Shown: positions 11,540 through 25,600, counted from the whole stretch's first letter. The stretch is DNA of 63,907 bases, filler included, from Basidiobolus meristosporus CBS 931.73 (GCA_002104905.1; 3 parts of 3 records of this genome joined end to end with filler, not necessarily neighbours in it); one strand, 5' to 3'. A program made the numbers and translations. The notes: a model not told the origin generated them from the letters alone.

Positions 11540-12955
11540 ATATATGCTGCCAAAAAATAAGGCAAAGTTGTCTGGTTCTCAACCAAACCTCACCGCTGAT
11601 TGCAACAGATGAACAGCTGGACAACAGCCTGCTTTGACATTCAGTGCAACAAACAGGGCTACATCCAAAAAAGGCCTTGTTGACAGTTTGTTAATTGAAG
11701 GTAATAATGCAGACTCCTCAGGCTCTCAGTCAAGTAGGCAATTGAGAACCTCTGTGGAGCCACAAGCTGACTGTTATGCTCAGGCAGACAAGAATGTAGC
11801 AATCACAGTGCCCTCAGTTGAAGATCAGCAGGTGGCCATGATAACAATGCCTCCAATCATATTGGCAAGTATGTTGTCAGCTCATACCAAAGCATTAATG
11901 AAGCAATTAGGTGCAGTGGCTGATAGGATAGATGCAATGGCCGAGAGAAATCAGGAAATAGTCCAGCAACAGGATGAGTGGATAATATGTGTAGAGCAAT
12001 CAATATTCCAGGTAGAGAAAGCAGTATCTTTGCTGCAAAGAAGGAACTCAAGTAGCTCAATGTCACAGCCAAGGATTGAGCCATTTCCCAGTGTAACAGC
12101 AGAGGAACACTGAACAGTCTCTGAGGCACAACCACAGTGCCCAAAGATAAGGCCCACAAAAACAAATATCACAGCATGGGAGGGAGACAACATGCTGTTT
12201 ATACAAAAGCCTAAAAATCAAAAGAGATTTAAGATCCATGAAGCCATTGAGTGCAATAGTAAAGAGTGGGCTAATATACAAGAGGCTGTCCAAAGTCTAA
12301 CATGCCATCACCTTAATGCCGGCATACCATGGGACCATCAGGAACTCAAGGCTAAGCAGAATGCAGTTGACTTGTTCCATGAGCATTATCTGGATTCAAA
12401 TGGGCAAACAGATTTTGGGCCAGCATAGGTATGCAAAGAAAGTATCTTAAGAATAGCAGAAACTATCAAAGGCAGAAGAACAAGGGTGCCATGGCTCAGA
12501 ACCAGCGGCTTCCTCAAGAGCCCATTATAAGCAGGGCCAAAAGCTCCAGACAAGTATCAAAGAGGCATCAGGCAGATGGAAGAGTGCCAATTATGTACAA
12601 GCAGGCAGACACAGATGCACCAGCACAACATTTATCAAGGAAAAGCGTAGTACTACTCAAGAAGCACACAGTCAAAGTAGCAGTGAAGGGCCTGGCAGCG
12701 ATAAAAACCAGCCGCTTTTACAGGAGCCCATCACAACTACAGTTGAGAGCTCAAGACAAGCATAAAATAAATGTCAGGTTGCCAGAAGAGTGCCAGCAAG
12801 CAACAAGCCGGCTAAAACAGATGTGTCAGAGCAGCATTCATCCAGGAGAAAATGTAGTTCTTGACAAGGAGCACTCATACAGAGTAGCAGTCAAAGACCT
12901 GGCAGTGATAAAGGAAAAGGTGAAGGGAGAAATATCTGCCTAAGCCTGAGACAGT
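11540..12955 (+). pseudogene. Divergently oriented accessory ORF2 of the CACTA-like element (copy A)
   Basis: Collinear ORF fragments 11634-12113, 12192-12428 and 12431-12943; homologous segments occur in copies B and D. No catalytic motif recognised. Boundaries approximate. Confidence 0.6.
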
Positions 12956-12981
12956 GAGGCATAACATTTTCACCAAAATAC

Positions 12982-13330
12982 TGTAGTAAGAGTCTTGGAG
13001 ATATTGGAAGTGATTGCAAGGAAAAGATGATTAAATGGTTTTCACTTAATGATTTATTGAGTGTCAAAGTAGCATTTATACTATTACATGGTCTTAGCAT
13101 AACAAACAAGTAGAATAGGTTAAGGAAGGTTCCAAGAACATGTGTGCAAACTTTAGGGCTGTTGGGACAACTTTGAGAATTCTCCTGTCTTGGGTACCTA
13201 ATATTTTGGTGAAAATATTGTAAGTAAGTCCCAACAAGGAATTTGGTCAGTATTCTCCAGGATTTGAAGGTAATGATCTAAGTGACCAATTTAGATGAAT
13301 GTTTAGGTGGAATTAAAAGTTTTTACAACA
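12982..13330 (-). repeat. Copia family B LTR, the inverted 5' LTR of the element whose body lies at ~13776-24514
   Basis: Homologous to 6852-7200. Its flank TTTTC (13331-13335) is the reverse complement of the GAAAA that follows the LTR at 24166-24514. Confidence 0.8.
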
Positions 13331-14384
13331 TTTTCTTGTTGGTAATTCTTCTTGGCTATGATGGGATTCAGTCTTTTCCTGGCTTATGGCACTAATTGGT
13401 GAGAACTGCAGCATTTTTATCACACTTTCCTATCTCTGGCTTAGGTAGACTTTTGCCTTTACCTTTTCCTTTATCACTGCCTGGTCTTTCACTGCTACTC
13501 TGTCTGTGTGCTTCTTATACTGAACTACATTTTCTCCTTGATATATGCTGCTCTGATGCATCTTTTTTGGCCTGCTTATCCCTTGCTGGCACTCTGCAGG
13601 CAAACTGACATTTCTTTCCTGCTTGTTTCAAGCTCTCAGCCAATGCTGTGATGGGCTTCTGATGTAGCTGATTGTCTTAATCAATGCCAGATCCTTCACT
13701 GCTACTTTGACTGAGTGCTTCTTGAGTAAAACTGTGCTCTTTCCTTGGTAAATGTTGTGTTGGTGTATCTGTGAAAGAACAAAGAGCTTTTAACTGCAAT
13801 TGCCCTAGTGCTAAAGAAAAATTGCTAATTAAGTGCTCAAGAGTAAAAACAGCAAAGAATCCCTGGAAAGCACTAGAAGACACCTACCAGTCATGTTCAG
13901 CTGCCAAGACGTTGTATCTTAGACAAAAATCCTTCACTACAAAGATGTAGTCAGGAGAAGCAATGAAAAATTTAATAAACAGAATAACCCGGCAGGCAGA
14001 TGAAATGGAATCTGCGGGCATACCAACTACTGATGAGGATGTGGTAGTTACCATCTTGAATAGCATGACAGACACATTTCAAGGCCTTATATCTGCTGTG
14101 GAGTCCAGAACTGAAGATTTGACCTTAAATTATCAAAATGGAAGGCTCCTGGATGAAGAATTTAGAAAATTAAGCACCAATAAGAAGGAAGAAGAAGAAG
14201 CTTTAATAGGCAATAATAACCAACAATGGTGATACCCAAGACCTTTCAAAGGCAATAGCAACCTGTTTTGTAACTACTGCAAAAGGAAAGGACACACATA
14301 AGACCAGTGCTTCAAGAAAAGAGACAGTCAGAAGAAAAAGCCTGAACATGGGAATGCTGCTATAACTGGAGATGGACTTTCCAT

Positions 14385-17300
14385 ATGAAATATTATTGAA
14401 ATGATTCCATCAAAAGGCCTTCACAAAGTTAAAGTCCTGTACTAAGAGGTACTAATCCTGTCAGGGCACCATCCAGATACCATTGAAAAACCATTGCACC
14501 CCTGATTTCACAAAAAACTTGGTCCAAATTTTTCATCACAACAATGTGTAAGTGGCTTTTGATTGGTTCACTGCCAATATGCTCACTTTCTCATCCCAAA
14601 CACTCCATCACCTCCTGTGTTTCTATGCATTGATTGGCTATTGCCTCTTTTTCACACTCCTTACTTCCTGACTCAACCATTTCTCTTACTTTTCATGCTT
14701 ACAAATTGCTTTATTTCCATTGAAACTATAGTTGTACCTCAATTGCCAATTGTATTAACCTATACAAGTCCCTATACCCTACACTTTCAATAAGCCCAGC
14801 CCCACACTCAACAAGTAATTCCATTAAAATTCACCACTCAGTAAGTATTTCTGCATTAATGTTCTGGTTCCACAACTTTGGCAGGAACCCAATGGCTTTA
14901 TGCCACTGTTCATTCATTGGTTCCCACACGTCCTGGTCTTTAGCCAGCACTGCAAGGTCTAGAACCTCATTTGCCAGTCTTTGCAATAAATCCTTTCAAT
15001 ATTCCAGCATGTTTTCTTGAGCACCGCTCTTGAAGAAGTACTGCAACATCTTGATATGCCTATTAGTGTTCCAAAGTTCCACTGAAAGCATTGAGATAGT
15101 TTTTCAAGCTCTTGGCATTGTAGCCTTGTCTGTCAGTGGGATCTCTACTCTGTCAACAATGGAGGATGTGGAGGCTGTGGTAGACAATTTGCCTTTTTCA
15201 GCATACCCATCTACCTTACTGGAGTGTAGCTCAACCGGCTGTGCTTCCAACTCTTGTGAAAACAGCTGTTTTCTTGTAGGTAAATCTTCTTGGCTATGAT
15301 GGGATTCAGTCTGTTACAGGCTTGCAGCATTAATGGCCAGGAACTGCAGTTTTTTTGCATACCTCCCAATCTCAGGCTTGGGCAGACATTTTTCCCCTTA
15401 CCTTTACCTATGTCACTGCCAGGTCTTTCACTGCTACTTTGTCTTGGTGCTTCTTGTAAAGAACTGCGCTTTTTCTTCATAATTTTGCTCTGACACATAT
15501 GTCTTAACCTGATTGTTGCTTACTGGCACTCTTCTGGCAACCTGACATTTCTTTTCCGCTTGTTTCAAGCACTCAATCTTAGTTGTGACAGTATTCTGTA
15601 ATAGCTGCTGGCTTTTATCACTGACAGGCCCTTTACTACTACTTTGACTGAGTGCTTCTTGGGTTGTACTACACTTTTTCCTTGATACATGTTTTGCTGG
15701 TGCACCTGTGTCTGCCTGCTTGTCCCTAATTAGCACTCTTCCATCTACCTGACATGTCTTTGATGCTTGTCTGGAGTTTCTGGCCCTGCTTGCAACAGGC
15801 TCTTGAGGAAGTTGCTGGTTCTTAGCCATGGCACCCTTGTTCTTCTGCCTTTGATAGTTTCTACTATTCTTAGAATACTTTCTTAGCATACCAATGCTGG
15901 CCCAAGATCTGTTTGCCTGCCTGAATCCAGGATAATGTACTGCAATTTAAGAAGCGATTTGGATATAAGGAACTTATCCAGAAATAGTGATAATAGTTGA
16001 ACTGTTGTTTATTCATAAAGAAGCTCAGTATTTATACCTTTGTAGAAGTAATACAGCAGCAACACTAAGTAGGGTGGGTTTCTCAATATTCAGGAGCATT
16101 CTGTAACAGTTTCAGGGTTAGTATATAATGTTTGGTAATAGTGCTAATTTGATCCTCACTATAGGGGAATAATCATAAGATCATATATCTGGAGAAAGTG
16201 TCAAAGTTAAGGCAGTAAATGAGTCCTACAGTGACTAAGACTAGCCTAGAATTGTTAAGTAAATTTTTAGCTGCTGAATGATACCAAATAGTCCAATATT
16301 TCAACATAATGCACATGGAACTAGTCAAGTACATTCTGCTTGGTGTTGAGTTCCCAATGGTCCCATGGTATGCTGGCCTTAAGGTGATGACGTGCTAGAC
16401 TTCTGATGGCCTCTTGAATATTTGCATACTCTTCATTAATGCACTCAATGGCTTCACAGATCTTCAATGTCTTTTGATTTTAGACTTTGGTATAAACACC
16501 ACATGTCTCCCTACCACACTGTGATAGGTTTTTCTGTGGGCTTTGTCTTTGCATACTGTGGTTGTGCCTCAAAGACTGTACAGTGTTCCTCTGCTGCTAC
16601 ACTGGGAAATGGCTCAATCCTTGGCTGTGACATTGAGCTACTTGAGTTCCTTCTTTGCAGCAAAGATACTGCTTTCTCTACCTGGAATATTGATTGCTCT
16701 ACACGTATTATCTCAATGGCTTCATGGATCTTCAATATCTTTTGATTTTTAGGCTTTGTTGTAAACACCACATTGTCTCCCTCCCATGCTGTGCTAGATG
16801 TTTCTGTGGGCTTTATCTTTGGGCACTGTTGTTGTGCTTCAAAGACTGTATGGTGTTCCTCTACTGTTACATTGGGAAATGGCTCAATTCTTGGCTGTGA
16901 CATTGAGCTATTTGAGTTCCTTCTTTGCAGCAAAGATGCTGCTTTCTCTACCTGGGATATTGATTGCTCTACATGTATTATCTGCTCATCCTGTTGCTTG
17001 ACTATTTTCTGAGTTCTCAGGCCATTGCATCTATTGTATCAGCCACAGCGCCTAGTTGCTTCCTTAATGCTTTAGTATGAGCTGACAACATACTTGCTTA
17101 TATGGGCAGTGGTGATGTTATGATGGCCACTTGCTGGTCATTAACTGAGGGTACTGAGTTTGCTAAATTCTCATCTGCCTGAGCATAATGATCAGCTTGT
17201 AGCACTGCAGAAGTTCTCAATTGCCTACTTGACTGAGAGCCTGAGGAGTCTGCATTATAAACTTTAATGGGCACACTGTCCACAGGGCCTTTTTTAGATG

Positions 17301-20300
17301 TAGCCCCACTTGTTGCACTGAATGTTGAAGCAAGCTGTTGTCCAACTGTTCTTCTGTTGCCATTGGTGGTGGGCTTGATTGGGTACCGGACAACTTTGCT
17401 TTATTTCTTGGTGGCATATATATGGAAGTGAGTCAAACCAAAGGGAAAATAGTGTTACATATACGTGTGTATCTGGTGCCACAAGTATATTTATAATGCT
17501 TACCACTGGTAGGTCATCAGTGAGTCTTGCATTCATGTAGATGCAATGTCTCAGATACAAGACTGTCAAAAGTTCACATGAGTATTGACCAAAAAGTGAT
17601 ATAATAGCATTATATTGTTCCAGGTCAAACTGTTTGCCCCATAAGCAAGACTACTTTGAATCAATGCCATAAGAGAAGAGAAAAAAGACCAGGTGGCTAT
17701 TGTGGCAAGCCTCTCAGCCATGAAGCACAAAGACAGAGTAGGAAGGTTTACAAGGATCATGGCCAGTGTTTTGCCACACAGTCATATTTGACCATTCATT
17801 AGTCATTACTGTACAAACATTATCCTGCTGGCCAGTTGATACTTCTATATTGACACCTGGCCATATTTGTCACCTTGCACAAGCTGAGTAATGTGAGTTT
17901 GTGACACCTTTAGGCTCACCTCAGCCTTCTGAATATGGAATGCAGAGTGATAGCTCTGATAAAGAAGGTTCACTGATGGACTATGAGCCTATCTCCTTTA
18001 ACAACAGTACCACATATGTGCCTGGTCAAATCCCTATATGTAAAAAGACAACACCCACTGAAAAAATGCCAAGGATACTTTGTGGAGCCTGGTGAGCCCA
18101 GTAATCCATCTACTGATCAGTGATGTAATGTTTTGGCTATAGAAGTGGTGTGTTTCCACTAATATCTGTAATGGGGCTTCAAGGATTTATTACCACTTCA
18201 TGCCAAAATCACACTGGGATGCAACTTACCATTGACATGGTATAAGTGGACAACCGTCATGCGGCTGGTAACATATGATCCAGAGACTGTCCTGATTCCA
18301 GTATTTGTCAACATTGCATGGCATTTACATCCAAAAAAGCTACCATTGCAACATGTCTAAGCTGCCAGGAATCCACCACCATTGAGGGAATGCATTGTTC
18401 ACACTCCAGATATGTTCTGGTCATACCCCATGCGAGGAAGCTGATGCATTTCAACAAATATTGCAAAGCTATATAGTACTGCACTCAGTGTCAATCAAGC
18501 AAAACATATCCAATATATTTGATGGCAAAGATCACAAACAGCTAAGAAGCAGGGGCTACTTTGAAGGAATGTATGACCATGCCTCTGCCTTAGCACTTGA
18601 TGGATTCTCATTAGGCTGAATCTGCCACCTATCTTATGGTATCAGAGCAGAAATCTGATGGTAGTCCCACTGGTACCTGGGGCTAAATTACTGTCCAATG
18701 TGGATAGCTATCTGTATCCGTTGCTGGATTAACCTTGCATGCTTTCCAGTGGGATAACAGTAAGTGACCATCATGTCAAAGTGCATATTGTTATCTGCAT
18801 TTGAGATACCCCAGCCATCAGCAAGATAGCAGGTTTTTCTGGGCACAATGGATGGTATTGCTGTCAAATGTGTGAGATCCAGGGGATTTTCTCCATAACT
18901 CACACACACTATTATTATCCAAACACCAGCACTAAGAACATCATCTTTCCACAGAGAGAACATACAGAAGTCAGCATGCAATTGCCGTAGAGTTGGCAAG
19001 TTATAAGCCATTGGCTGGAAGATGGAATCAAATGGAAACTAGATACTTAAGATAGTGGGTACATGTTGGAGCAAGAGCTTTTCACTGGAAGCAAAGTATT
19101 TGTTTTTCAACAATATCCCTATGCTGATGACCAAGTTGTAAATGGGGCATTTCAAGCTAAATGATCCCTTCAAGATACCAGAGAATTTTGAAAGAATTGG
19201 CAAGATGTTATAGAGTATCCCCTACCCTAAGTACTTCTCACAGGCTCCAATCAATATACATATGCATATGGAGCAATGCAAATGCAAAGACTGGATGAAC
19301 TAGATATCTTATTCAAGGGGCATTCTGAAGCCGTTCCTACCAAGAGTACACTGGAAGCATTGGTAGTGATATGTGGACATTGTAGGAATATTTATATATA
19401 GAAGTAGATCACCATTGCCAGTTTGACACAACTACAGCAGTTATGAAAGGAGTTTGTGACAGAATTTGAGTGACTATACTACAAACATAAAGCTGAGCTT
19501 GTAGATCTCTGCTGCTACTGTATACATTCTTTACTTCATCTTGCATGGTGTGTGGAGGATATTGGGCCTTGCTTCACCTTTTGAAAGTTTCTTATGGAGC
19601 AGATGTGTGGGGAGATTGGAAGGCAAGTCAAGTTGCAAGTACCACCATATCCCAATTTCAGCAAGAATATTATCTTTAAGTCTGTCATGGATGTGATGAG
19701 TTAGTGTATGGAGGACAGCCAGGAAGAGTTGGAAATACTGAGGACAAATGTGCACATGGAGACACCTATGCCTATGGCATTAGGAAGCTAAGCAGCCCCA
19801 ATGCATGGATAATAAGTGAGGTAATGCAAAGTTGGGTTGGGTGCAACTAGCAACTAATTTTTATTAGGAAAACTCTACCAAGTTATGCCAGATTTCTCTT
19901 GGTCACAAGCCAACTTTTACACCATTCAATACAGAATTCACACAAACAAAAGCCAGTGCGCACCTATAAGGGGGACAAGAATCTAGCTGGGAGAAGGAAT
20001 ATATTGGCTAAATACCAAGAAGTTCTTTGAGGATACTCAGATAATATTCATGGCAAAATTGGCAACATCCATGCACATGTTTGAACAATAAATTTGTTAC
20101 CAGCAATACAAGGTATATGGCAACTTTACAAGTATCATACTAAAAAGCCGTAAAGTAGATGTGATAGAAGTTTGTCAATTGTAGCAGGTGTGCCTGTTTG
20201 AAGAAGTTAGTAAGCAGGAGGCCATAGTTTTTTTGATTTCAAGTATATGTGGAATACCTAAGGTAGTAGTGGGTAAGCAAAAAAAGGGGTGATTCTACAG

Positions 20301-20623
20301 TGGAATATATGAACAGCACAAGGGGAGGTAGAAAAAGGAAATACCATTTGGTAAATTGGTACAGTAACATTATACAGACCAGCTTTAGGCTGTCATAATG
20401 CCAATGTAATGCCATCAGAGTCTTGCTGTGAGGCTATCAAAATACCATCAAATTTCTTTATCCCTTTATTTGGTAGTAATTTAGTAAAACACCGTGATGA
20501 TTCCAACATAGGATTGTTAGAAGGGTCACTGATTCCAAGCTGCTGATATTATGACAGTCTTGTGATGGGATCCTAATGGCTGATCCAGATTGGATTCACC
20601 TACAGTACCAAACTATTTTTCAT
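14385..20623 (+). mobile_element. CACTA-like DNA transposon, copy B, with both ends present
   Basis: Ends ATGAAATATTATTG... and ...AACTATTTTTCAT. Transposase pseudogene on plus (~17640-20400) and ORF2 on minus (~17417-14900). Removing the element restores the copia Gag-PR reading frame. Confidence 0.88.
15938..16306. repeat. Solo LTR of copia family C (369 bp)
   Basis: Homologous to 36809-37177; TSD TAATG on both sides. Confidence 0.92.
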
Positions 20624-22928
20624 AAGGCTATTCATATCTGCACTGAATATGACCACAAACAAGGATTCTTAGATGTGGTATATTGACTCTGGAGTATCTC
20701 AACACTTTACACACCAAAAAGCACCTGTTACCCAATATTAAGAAATTCCAATTAAGAAGGCTTTCATGGGTCACAGTAGAACACTTGATGCGGTGGGAGA
20801 AGGAACTATCCACGTAAACCTCAAAAGCAGTGAAGGAAGCCATGCATTGACCTTTAAAGAAGTACTCTATGTACAAGAAATTGCCAAGAACCTACTATCT
20901 GTTAGCAAGGACACAGTAGAAGGACTCAGTTTCAGCTTTGACAATACTGGTTGCAGGATCACTGATCAAAATGGTGCTAATATGGCTCTGGGTATCGGAG
21001 ATCAGAACCTATACAAGTTGACTCATATTCCATCATATCTGAAAGCCAATATAAGTAACTTAAATGAAGTGACACCAATACTTTGGCATAGGAGATTTGG
21101 ACACATCAGTTTTGATTATTTCTTCAAAATAATCCACAATCAGCTAATTTCTGGAGTACAAGCTGCTTCTCCAGCTAAATTGAAGCACTGTGAAGCTTGC
21201 ATATATGGGAAACAAAACAGACAACTGCTCAAGAGCTTTGGGTTAATGAAAACTAGGAAAATATTAAATCTAATTCACTCCAATCTGTGTGGACCTATGC
21301 AAGATTTATCCTTAGGCAGGATGGAGTATTTAATCACTTGTATTGATGATTATACAAGATAAATGTGGGTCTACTGCATGAAGAGAAAGGAAGAAGCTCT
21401 GTCAGAGCTCAGGAAGTTTAAAGCCCTGGCAGAGAGAGAAATGGGTGAAGAAATCAGGAAAATATGTTCTGACCAAGGTGGAGAATATAACTCAAAATTC
21501 ATCATCCACTTCTGCAAAATTCATGGAATAAAGCAAGGGACCACTGAACCATACTCCCACAGCAAAATTGAGTAGCAGAATGTGAAAACAGATCAAAAAC
21601 TGAGATGGCAAGATATATGATCCATAATCAAAAATTATTCCAAGCTTTTTGGGTGAAATCAGTTTGCATAGCTGTACACCTTAAAATTGGGAGTTAAACA
21701 TAAAACTCTATGATTCTACTCCATCTGAGCATGGTATCAATACAGACCTGGTGCAGAACATCTACAAATATTTGGGCTTACAGCATATGCCAAGAAACTG
21801 CCCAGAAATCAGTCAAAATTTCAGCCAAAATATGTAAAATGCATACTTTTGGGCTATTGCAATCAGAATAAAGCATACAGGCTCTACAATACCAAAGAAA
21901 AGAAGCTGATCAACTCCAGGGATGTGTTGTCTGAAGAAAACTCAAAATTTTCACAAAAAAAAACATCAGACAATGACAAATATCTGATCTCAAGTCCACC
22001 AATAGTCAGGATTGGATCAGAGCAAACAATGAAGTCTTTTTCATTACAGAGGACTCTACAATATGAGTCCGCCAGAATCAGTGCCCAGGAATATCCTAGA
22101 AGTGATCATTCCAATATCAAATGCCTGGGGATACAATTGGACAAGAAATAGTGCAAGTTACTGTATCAATGAGGGAGCAATCTTAGCCTATTTCTACTCA
22201 GTCTATATTGATGAGCCCCAGACTGTAAAAGAGGTCCTAAATAGCCCTCAGACAAAGTTTTGGAGATCTGCAAACACTGAAGAATATCAGGCCCTGATGG
22301 AAAATCAAATTTGGGACTTGGTCTAATTACCAATCAACCAAAAATCAATTGGATGCAGATGAGTCTTCAAGACCAAATACAAGGCTGTTGGTACAATTGA
22401 AAGAAACAAAGAAAGACTTATGGCTAAAGGATACTCTCAAACAAAAGGGCTTGACTATAGTGAGACCTTTACACTGGTAGCCAAGTTTAATCCCATCAGA
22501 TTGATATTGGCTATTGCAGCCAGATATCAGTTTTTTATACATCAAATGGATGTAAAAACTGCATTTTTGAATGGATTACATGATCAGGACATGTATATAA
22601 ACCTGACTGATGGGTTTTTTGACCAAGATAACCCCATTTAGTATGCACGTTTAAAGAAGCTCTTTATGGTCTCAAACAATCACCCAGACCCTGAAATTGT
22701 AAGATAGATTCTGGTTTGGAACATTACAGTTTTGAAAGGAGTAATGATGACTATAGCTTATACATAAACCAGATAGTGCAAACCAGGTTCCATTAGCTCT
22801 AAATGTGAATGCTTTTAGTATAGCTGCCAATAACCTAAAAACACTGGAAGAAATCAAATCCAGCCCATCTAAAGTGTTCACCATGTCTGATCTAAGAGAA
22901 CTCAGTTCCTACTTAGGGACAAAGTTCT

Positions 22929-23297
22929 TGTTGAAATATTGGGCTATTTGGTATCATTCTGCAGCTTAAAATTTACTTTACAAGTTTGGACCAGTCTTGG
23001 TCACTGAGGGACTAAATTACAGCTCTAACTTTGCCACTTTCTTCAGATCTATGATCTTATGATTATTCCCTTATAGTCAGGATCAAATTAGCACCAATAC
23101 TAACCATTATGTACTAACCCTGAAACTGTTACAGAATGCTCCTGAATATTGAGAAGCCCTCCTTACTTAGTGTTACAGCTGTATTACTTCTACAAAGGTA
23201 TAAATACTGAGCTTCTTTATCAATAAACAACAGTTCAACTATTATCACTATTTCTTGATAAGTTTCTTATATCCAAATCACTACTTAAATTGCAACA
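22929..23297. repeat. Solo LTR of copia family C, opposite orientation, inside the copia B RT
   Basis: TGTTG...CAACA ends; TSD GTTCT on both sides. Confidence 0.92.
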
Positions 23298-24514
23298 GTT
23301 CTCCATAGAGAAAAGTACCCAGACTATCACCTTAAGCCAATTCAAGTATATTCAAGCTACAATAAAGAAGTACCAAATGGAGGGCTGTACACCAGCAGCT
23401 ACACCAATCGAGACAAGTCTTAACTTGGTCAAAACTCATCTAGATCAAGAGAGCTTGGTGCCATCTGAAAGCCCTGACTCTCCTTCTCGATTAATGGTTG
23501 GCAGTTGGATCTGTACCATGCTTGAAACACGTCCAGATATCCATATTCAGTGGGGGCTGACTGTCAGCATAATCAGAACTATGGATATGATCATATTGCA
23601 GCAGTTAAGCCAATTTTTGGATACCTAAATGAAACTGCTGATATCTGCATAAGATACACTTCTAAGGATTCAGAACAGGATCTTGTGCAATACTCTGATG
23701 CTGATTGACAACAAACTTTAAAGGTCAGAAAATCCACCACAGGATACACCTATCTTTATTGTTCAGGAGCAATTTCATGGAATAAAAGAAAGCAACCAAC
23801 TGTAGCACTTTCCACCACAGAGGCCATGTATATGGCAGCCAGTGAAGCTACAAAAGAAGTAATGTGATCAAGAATGCTTTTCCAAGGTCTAGGCCTATGT
23901 CAATAATGCCTATTACTGTATTTCAAGTTAATCAAGGATATATACAATTGGGCAGAAATCCTACATTTTGTGCTAGAACCAAGCACATATATATTAGACA
24001 TCATTTTGTATGTGAAGCTATAGAGAATACCCTGGTTAGCTTAGTTAATCATCCTTCAGATGAAAAGATTGCAGACATATTTACTAAACCATTAGCTTGA
24101 GACAAGTTTGAATATCTTAGGTCAAAATTAGGACTAATCAGTATGAACATTTAGCTGAGTGGGAGTGTTGTAAAATCTGTGATTCCACCTATATTTTTAC
24201 CTAACTTAGTCACTTAGATCATTTCCTTCAAATCCTAGGGAATACTGATCAAATTCCTTGTTGGGACTTACTTTAAATATTTTCACCCAAATACCAGGTA
24301 CCCAGAAGATGAAAATTCTCAAAGTTGACCAAACAGCCCAAACTTTGCACATATGTTCTTGAGACCTTCTTTAACCTATTCTATTTGCTTATTAGGCCAA
24401 GATTATGTAAAGGTATAAATACTACTTTTAAATTCAATAAATCATCAAGTGAGAACCACATAATCTGCGTGTCCCCCTCAAATCACTTCTAATATCTCCA
24501 ATACTCTTGCACCA

Positions 24515-25401
24515 GAAAAAAGATGTTTTACAAGTGTTGGAAGTGCAGCCAGTTCAGCTACACTCCAAGAGGTAGATGAGGTTGCATAGAAAGGTATTAT
24601 GTCTACCACAGCCTTTGCGTCTTCAATTGTTGTCAGAGTAGAGATCCTACTGACAGACAAAGTAACAATGTCACAAGTTCAATAGGTTATCACAATGCCT
24701 TTGGTGGAATTTTGGAATATTACTAGGCACAACAAAAGGTTACATCACTTCTTCAAGAGCAGTGCTCAAGAAAACACACTTGAATATTGCAATGACCTAT
24801 TGCAAAGACTGGCAGGTGAGGAGGTAGACCTTGCAGTGCTAGCTGAAAATCAGAGCATTTGGGTACCAGTGAATGAACAATGGCATAAAGCCGTAGGGTT
24901 CCTGCCTAAGTTGTGAAAACAGAGTGTTACAGCAGAGATACTTATAGAGTAGTGGATTTTGATGGAGTTACTTGTTCAATGTGAGGTTGTGCTTAATGCC
25001 AGTGTAGGGTATAGGGACTTGTGTAGGTTATTACAATTGGCATTTGAGACACAACTGACGTTTCAATGGAAATAAATCAATTTGTATGCATGAAAAGTAA
25101 CAGAAATGGTTGAGTCAGGTAGTGGGAGGTGCATAGAAGAGGCAATAGCCAATCAATGTGCACAATCATAGGAGGTGATAGAGTGTCCAGGATCAGAAAG
25201 TGAGAAAATTGGCAGAGAACCAATCAAAAGCCACATTTGTATTGTTGTGATGAGAAATTTTGACTAAGCTTTATATGATATCTGGTGTGCAGTTTTTTTT
25301 GACAATCTTTGCATGGTGTCCTGATCAAGTCAATACCTCTTAGTCACAGGACTTAGAATTTGTGATGGCCTCTTGACAGGATCATCACAATAATTTTTCA
25401 T
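24515..25401 (+). mobile_element. ORF2-side terminal portion of a CACTA-like copy
   Basis: Homologous to 51370-52259 and to the reverse complement of 14385-15280; ends ...ATAATTTTTCAT. Confidence 0.8.
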
Positions 25402-25600
25402 GGGGATATAATTGCCTGTTTACAGTAAAGAAAGGTTTATGCTGTGGCAGATCATCTGTCTTCTAAATTTTGTCCCCAATCAGCATTAGAGTATCCCACA
25501 AGATCATGCTCAGAATCTTTATAGGTGAACTTCAAGCAGATATCAGCAGTTCCTTTTGAGTTTCTAAAAATCCACTTTACTGCTCTAACATACTTGGATC
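25402..25600 (-). pseudogene. Copia RT/RNase H junction fragment
   Basis: [15 protein letters not shown] matches family B. Right boundary approximate. Confidence 0.7.

Larger units (their letters stand above)
157..12955 (-). mobile_element. CACTA/EnSpm-like DNA transposon, copy A (degenerate, interrupted by LTR elements at 2074-5686, ~5838-6313 and 6852-10930)
   Basis: Starts with the ATGAAAAATAATTTGG end shared with other copies. Transposase fragments lie on the minus strand from ~11330 down to ~500, with a divergent ORF2 on plus from ~11540. Sequence is colinear with copies B and D across each insertion. Right boundary approximate. Confidence 0.8.
13776..24514 (+). mobile_element. Ty1/copia family B element, second copy, interrupted by CACTA copy B and a solo LTR
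   Basis: Gag ~13776-14384, protease (WYIDSGVSQH) ~20680, integrase ~21250-21900, RT ~22330-23630, RNase H ~23700-24100, PPT, 3' LTR 24166-24514. Many stops. Confidence 0.88.
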
